Positions 57,212-64,000 of a stretch of DNA of 64,000 nt are shown piece by piece. Every line of letters starts with the position of its first letter. Positions within the stretch are counted from its first letter, which is position 1. The position numbers and the translations under genes were made by a program. This DNA comes from Auanema rhodensis (lineage: Eukaryota > Animalia > Nematoda): assembly GCA_964057225.1 (NCBI GenBank), contig OZ059896.1, positions 20,212,001 through 20,276,000 of the forward strand, in the 5' to 3' direction. Below the pieces are notes generated by a model, which saw nothing but the letters and a program-made list of their open reading frames with translations, was not told the DNA's origin and made no database searches.

Positions 57212-60200
57212 TAGTGTATGTTGAGTTTCCATGTACACTCAACATTGCTTCCAAAAACATTTTGACAAAAATTTTTTCGAAAAATTTCAAAATAATTTAG
57301 CAAAAAGTAGATGTTTTTAGATTCCTTTATTCAAGGCAAAGACGATGGACAATGTTATTCAACGAAAAAATTAATTCTTCAGGGTGAAAATCGAGGATAT
57401 AAGTGTAAACTTATATCAGTTGATATCTCGGTGCATTTTTAAGCTAGCGCAAATCTGATAACACAGATCGACGCAGCTTAAAAATCCGCATCGAATGCAC
57501 TATACTACATTGAGAAACGCTTGATACAAAAATTAGTTGTGATCGTTTGAAAAATGATGCATTAGTGTATGTTGAGTTTCCATGTACACTCAACATTGCT
57601 TCCAAAAACATTTTGACAAAAATTTTTTCGAAAAATTTCAAAATAATTTAGCAAAAAGTAGATGTTTTTAGATTCCATTTTTCAAGGCAAAGACGATGGA
57701 CAATGTTATTCAACGAAAAAATTATTCCTTCAGGGTGAAAATCGAGGATATAAGTGTGAACTTATATCAGTTGATATCTCGGTGCATTTTTAAGCTAGCG
57801 CAAATCTGATAACAGAGATCGACGCAGCTTAAAAATCCGCATCGAATGCACTATACTACATTGAGAAACGCTTAATACAAAAATTAGTTATGATCGTTTG
57901 AAAAATGATGCATTAGTGTATGTTGAGTTTCCATGTACACTCAACATTGCTTCCAAAAACATTTTGACAAAAATTTTTTCGAAAAATTTCAAATAAATTT
58001 AGCAAAAAGTAGATGTTTTTAGATTCCTTTATTCAAGGCAAAGACGATGGACAATGTTATTCAACGAAAAAATTAATTCTTCAGGGTGAAAATCGAGGAT
58101 ATAAGTGTAAACTTATATCAGTTGATATCTCGGTGCATTTTTAAGCTAGCGCAAATCTGATAACACAGATCGACGCAGCTTAAAAATCCGCATCGAATGC
58201 ACTATACTACATTGAGAAACGCTTGATACAAAAATTAGTTGTGATCGTTTGAAAAATGATGCATTAGTGTATGTTGAGTTTCCATGTACACTCAACATTG
58301 CTTCCAAAAACATTTTGACAAAAATTTTTTCGAAAAATTTCAAAATAATTTAGCAAAAAGTAGATGTTTTTAGATTCCATTTTTCAAGGCAAAGACGATG
58401 GACAATGTTATTCAACGAAAAAATTAATTCTTCAGGGTGAAAATCGAGGATATAAGTGTGAACTTATATCAGTTGATATCTCGGTGCATTTTTAAGCTAG
58501 CGCAAATCTGATAACACAGATCGACGCAGCTTAAAAATCCGCATCGAATGCACTATACTACATTGAGAAACGCTTAATACAAAAATTAGTTATGATCGTT
58601 TGAAAAATGATGCATTAGTGTATGTTGAGTTTCCATGTACACTCAACATTGCTTCCAAAAACATTTTGACAAAAATTTTTTCGAAAAATTTCAAAATAAT
58701 TTAGCAAAAAGTAGATGTTTTTAGATTCCATTTTTCAAGGCAAAGACGATGGACAGTGGTATTCAACGAAAAAATTAATTCTTCAGGGTGAAAATCGAGG
58801 ATATAAGTGTGAACTTATATCAGTTGATATCTCGGTGCATTTTTAAGCTAGCGCAAATCTGATAACACAGATCGACGCAGCTTAAAAATCCGCATCGAAT
58901 GCACTATACTACATTGAGAAACGCTTAATACAAAAATTAGTTATGATCGTTTGAAAAATGATGCATTAGTGTATGTTGAGTTTCCATGTACACTCAACAT
59001 TGCTTCCAAAAACATTTTGACAAAAATTTTTTCGAAAAATTTCAAAATAATTTAGCAAAAAGTAGATGTTTTTAGATTCCTTTATTCAAGGCAAAGACGA
59101 TGGACAATGTTATTCAACGAAAAACTTAATTCTTCAGGGTGAAAATCAAGGATATAAGTGTGAACTTATATCAGTTGATATCTCGGTGCATTTTTAAGCT
59201 AGCGCAAATCTGATAACACAGATCGACGCAGCTTAAAAATCCGCATCGAATGCACTATACTACATTGAGAAACGCTTAATACAAAAATTAGTTATGATCG
59301 TTTGAAAAATGATGCATTAGTGTATGTTGAGTTTCCATGTACACTCAACATTGCTTCCAAAAACATTTTGACAAAAATTTTTTCGAAAAATTTCAAAATA
59401 ATTTAGCAAAAAGTAGATGTTTTTAGATTCCTTTATTCAAGGCAAAGACGATGGACAATGTTATTCAACAAAAAAATTAATTCTTCAGGGTGAAAATCGA
59501 GGATATAAGTGTGAACTTATATCAGTTGATATCTCGGTGCATTTTTAAGCTAGCGCAAATCTGATAACACAGATCGACGCAGCTTAAAAATCCGCATCGA
59601 ATGCACTATACTACATTGAGAAACGCTTAATACAAAAATTAGTTATGATCGTTTGAAAAATGATGCATTAGTGTATGTTGAGTTTCCATGTACACTCAAC
59701 ATTGCTTCCAAAAACATTTTGACAAAAATTTTTTCGAAAAATTTCAAAATAATTTAGCAAAAAGTAGATGTTTTTAGATTCCTTTATTCAAGGCAAAGAC
59801 GATGGACAATGTTATTCAACGAAAAAATTAATTCTTCAGGGTGAAAATCGAGGATATAAGTGTGAACTTATATCAGTTGATATCTCGGTGCATTTTTAAG
59901 CTAGCGCAAATCTGATAACAGAGATCGACGCAGCTTAAAAATCCGCATCGAATGCACTATACTACATTGAGAAACGCTTAATACAAAAATTAGTTATGAT
60001 CGTTTGAAAAATGATGCATTAGTGTATGTTGAGTTTCCATGTACACTCAACATTGCTTCCAAAAACATTTTGACAAAAATTTTTTCGAAAAATTTCAAAA
60101 TAATTTAGCAAAAAGTAGATGTTTTTAGATTCCTTTATTCAAGGCAAAGACGATGGACAATGTTATTCAACGAAAAAATTAATTCTTCAGGGTGAAAATC

Positions 60201-62476
60201 GAGGATATAAGTGTAAACTTATATCAGTTGATATCTCGGTGCATTTTTAAGCTAGCGCAAATCTGATAACACAGATCGACGCAGCTTAAAAATCCGCATC
60301 GAATGCACTATACTACATTGAGAAACGCTTGATACAAAAATTAGTTGTGATCGTTTGAAAAATGATGCATTAGTGTATGTTGAGTTTCCATGTACACTCA
60401 ACATTGCTTCCAAAAACATTTTGACAAAAATTTTTTCGAAAAATTTCAAAATAATTTAGCAAAAAGTAGATGTTTTTAGATTCCATTTTTCAAGGCAAAG
60501 ACGATGGACAATGTTATTCAACGAAAAAATTATTCCTTCAGGGTGAAAATCGAGGATATAAGTGTGAACTTATATCAGTTGATATCTCGGTGCATTTTTA
60601 AGCTAGCGCAAATCTGATAACAGAGATCGACGCAGCTTAAAAATCCGCATCGAATGCACTATACTACATTGAGAAACGCTTAATACAAAAATTAGTTATG
60701 ATCGTTTGAAAAATGATGCATTAGTGTATGTTGAGTTTCCATGTACACTCAACATTGCTTCCAAAAACATTTTGACAAAAATTTTTTCGAAAAATTTCAA
60801 ATAAATTTAGCAAAAAGTAGATGTTTTTAGATTCCTTTATTCAAGGCAAAGACGATGGACAATGTTATTCAACGAAAAAATTAATTCTTCAGGGTGAAAA
60901 TCGAGGATATAAGTGTAAACTTATATCAGTTGATATCTCGGTGCATTTTTAAGCTAGCGCAAATCTGATAACACAGATCGACGCAGCTTAAAAATCCGCA
61001 TCGAATGCACTATACTACATTGAGAAACGCTTGATACAAAAATTAGTTGTGATCGTTTGAAAAATGATGCATTAGTGTATGTTGAGTTTCCATGTACACT
61101 CAACATTGCTTCCAAAAACATTTTGACAAAAATTTTTTCGAAAAATTTCAAAATAATTTAGCAAAAAGTAGATGTTTTTAGATTCCATTTTTCAAGGCAA
61201 AGACGATGGACAATGTTATTCAACGAAAAAATTAATTCTTCAGGGTGAAAATCGAGGATATAAGTGTGAACTTATATCAGTTGATATCTCGGTGCATTTT
61301 TAAGCTAGCGCAAATCTGATAACACAGATCGACGCAGCTTAAAAATCCGCATCGAATGCACTATACTACATTGAGAAACGCTTAATACAAAAATTAGTTA
61401 TGATCGTTTGAAAAATGATGCATTAGTGTATGTTGAGTTTCCATGTACACTCAACATTGCTTCCAAAAACATTTTGACAAAAATTTTTTCGAAAAATTTC
61501 AAAATAATTTAGCAAAAAGTAGATGTTTTTAGATTCCATTTTTCAAGGCAAAGACGATGGACAGTGGTATTCAACGAAAAAATTAATTCTTCAGGGTGAA
61601 AATCGAGGATATAAGTGTGAACTTATATCAGTTGATATCTCGGTGCATTTTTAAGCTAGCGCAAATCTGATAACACAGATCGACGCAGCTTAAAAATCCG
61701 CATCGAATGCACTATACTACATTGAGAAACGCTTAATACAAAAATTAGTTATGATCGTTTGAAAAATGATGCATTAGTGTATGTTGAGTTTCCATGTACA
61801 CTCAACATTGCTTCCAAAAACATTTTGACAAAAATTTTTTCGAAAAATTTCAAAATAATTTAGCAAAAAGTAGATGTTTTTAGATTCCTTTATTCAAGGC
61901 AAAGACGATGGACAATGTTATTCAACGAAAAAATTAATTCTTCAGGGTGAAAATCAAGGATATAAGTGTGAACTTATATCAGTTGATATCTCGGTGCATT
62001 TTTAAGCTAGCGCAAATCTGATAACACAGATCGACGCAGCTTAAAAATCCGCATCGAATGCACTATACTACATTGAGAAACGCTTAATACAAAAATTAGT
62101 TATGATCGTTTGAAAAATGATGCATTAGTGTATGTTGAGTTTCCATGTACACTCAACATTGCTTCCAAAAACATTTTGACAAAAATTTTTTCGAAAAATT
62201 TCAAAATAATTTAGCAAAAAGTAGATGTTTTTAGATTCCTTTATTCAAGGCAAAGACGATGGACAATGTTATTCAACAAAAAAATTAATTCTTCAGGGTG
62301 AAAATCGAGGATATAAGTGTGAACTTATATCAGTTGATATCTCGGTGCATTTTTAAGCTAGCGCAAATCTGATAACACAGATCGACGCAGCTTAAAAATC
62401 CGCATCGAATGCACTATACTACATTGAGAAACGCTTAATACAAAAATTAGTTATGATCGTTTGAAAAATGATGCAT
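57212..62476. repeat. Duplication with 8-monomer period (2808 bp)
   Basis: 57212-59668 matches 60020-62476. The GTTGTGAT variant is at 57539/58241 versus 60347/61049. The CAAATAAAT, GTGGTATT and CAACAAAA markers recur at the same offset. The only difference noticed is C at 59125. Confidence 0.9.
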
Positions 62477-64000
62477 TAGTGTATGTTGAGTTTCCATGTA
62501 CACTCAACATTGCTTCCAAAAACATTTTGACAAAAATTTTTTCGAAAAATTTCAAAATAATTTAGCAAAAAGTAGATGTTTTTAGATTCCATTTTTCAAG
62601 GCAAAGACGATGGACAGTGTTATTCAACGAAAAAATTAATTCTTCAGGGTGAAAATCGAGGATATAAGTGTGAACTTATATCAGTTGATATCTCGGTGCA
62701 TTTTTAAGCTAGCGCAAATCTGATAACACAGATCGACGCAGCTTAAAAATCCGCATTGAATGCACTATACTACATTGAGAAACGCTTAATACAAAAATTA
62801 GTTGTGATCGTTTGAAAAATGATGCATTAGTGTATGTTGAGTTTCCATGTACACTCAACATTGCTTCCAAAAACATTTTGACAAAAATTTTTTCGAAAAA
62901 TTTCGAAATAATTTAGCAAAAAGTAGATGTTTTTAAATTCCTTTATTCAAGGCAAAGACGATGGACAATGTTATTCAACGAAAAAATTAATTCTTTAGGG
63001 TGAAAATCGAGGATATAAGTGTGAACTTATATCAGTTGATATCTTGTTGCATTTTTAAGCTAGCGCAAATCTGATAACACAGATCGACGCAGCTTAAAAA
63101 TCCGCATCGAATGCACTATACTACATTGAAAAACGCTTAATACAAAAATTAGTTATGATCGTTTGAAAAATGATGCATTAGTGTATGTTGAGTTTCCATG
63201 TACACTCAACATTGCTTCCAAAAACATTTTGACAAAAATTTTTTCGAAAAATTTCAAAATAATTTAGCAAAAAGTAGATGTTTTTAGATTCCATTTTTCA
63301 AGGCAAAGACGATGGACAGTGTTATTCAACGAAAAAATTAATTCTTCAGGGTGAAAATCGAGGATATAAGTGTGAACTTATATCAGTTGATATCTCGGTG
63401 CATTTTTAAGCTAGCGCAAATCTGATAACACAGATCGACGCAGCTTAAAAATCCGCATTGAATGCACTATACTACATTGAGAAACGCTTAATACAAAAAT
63501 TAGTTATGATCGTTTGAAAAATGATGCATTAGTGTATGTTGAGTTTCCATGTACACTCAACATTGCTTCCAAAAACATTTTGACAAAAATTTTTTCGAAA
63601 AATTTCGAAATAATTTAGCAAAAAGTAGATGTTTTTAGATTCCTTTATTCAAGGCAAAGACGATGGACAATGTTATTCAACGAAAAAATTAATTCTTTAG
63701 GGTGAAAATCGAGGATATAAGTGTGAACTTATATCAGTTGATATCTTGGTGCATTTTTAAGCTAGCGCAAATCTGATAACACAGATCGACGCAGCTTAAA
63801 AATCCGCATCGAATGCACTATACTACATTGAGAAACGCTTAATACAAAAATTAGTTATGATCGTTTGAAAAATGATGCATTAGTGTATGTTGAGTTTCCA
63901 TGTACACTCAACATTGCTTCCAAAAACATTTTGACAAAAATTTTTTCGAAAAATTTCGAAATAATTTAGCAAAAAGTAGATGTTTTTAAATTCCTTTATT

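Larger units (their letters stand above)
1..64000. repeat. Tandem satellite DNA array, 351-bp monomer, 182 full copies plus a 120-bp partial copy, head-to-tail, open at both window ends
   Basis: TAGTGTATGTTGAG recurs at 1, 352, 3511, 7021, 14041 and 21061 (multiples of 351). It then recurs at 24921 (register -1) and at 46331 and 63881 (register -2). Copies differ only by scattered substitutions. No unique sequence or inversion was seen. Confidence 0.99.

Noticed and set aside
57444-61151. Four identical 65-aa ORFs as protein-coding genes
   Set aside because: They lie wholly inside satellite monomers, start with TTG, depend on one stop-loss SNP present in 5 of 182 copies, and show no recognisable domain.
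1-64000. CRISPR-like array (palindromic 28-bp repeat at 7-34 at regular spacing)
   Set aside because: The intervening sequences are near-identical rather than unique spacers, the period is 351 bp, and there are no cas genes or leader.

Overview
The whole 64-kb window is one uninterrupted head-to-tail tandem array of a 351-bp AT-rich satellite monomer (about 32% GC by hand count of monomer 1). It holds 182 complete copies plus a 120-bp partial copy, all in the same orientation, with only two 1-bp deletions. There is no supportable gene, RNA gene, transposon insertion or CRISPR array. The four 65-aa ORFs arise from a single stop-removing variant in the monomer. Size, homogeneity and A/T tracts fit eukaryotic (peri)centromeric or heterochromatic satellite DNA, but I cannot assign the organism or a named family. 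The informative structure lies in the SNP haplotypes of the monomers, which I typed by eye. They form nested, position-specific higher-order repeats (HORs): a degenerate 6-mer (about 1.8-16.8 kb), 5-mer and 7-mer duplications, a dimer zone (about 19.3-28.4 kb), a 17-monomer-period duplication containing a nested 7-mer duplication (29.5-42.8 kb), a 9-mer/6-mer HOR (44.9-55.5 kb) and an 8-monomer-period duplication (57.2-62.5 kb). After that the array returns to the haplotypes seen early in the window. Each monomer also carries two perfect 9-bp inverted repeats and a 12-bp palindrome. I found no evidence of a new protein-coding system.
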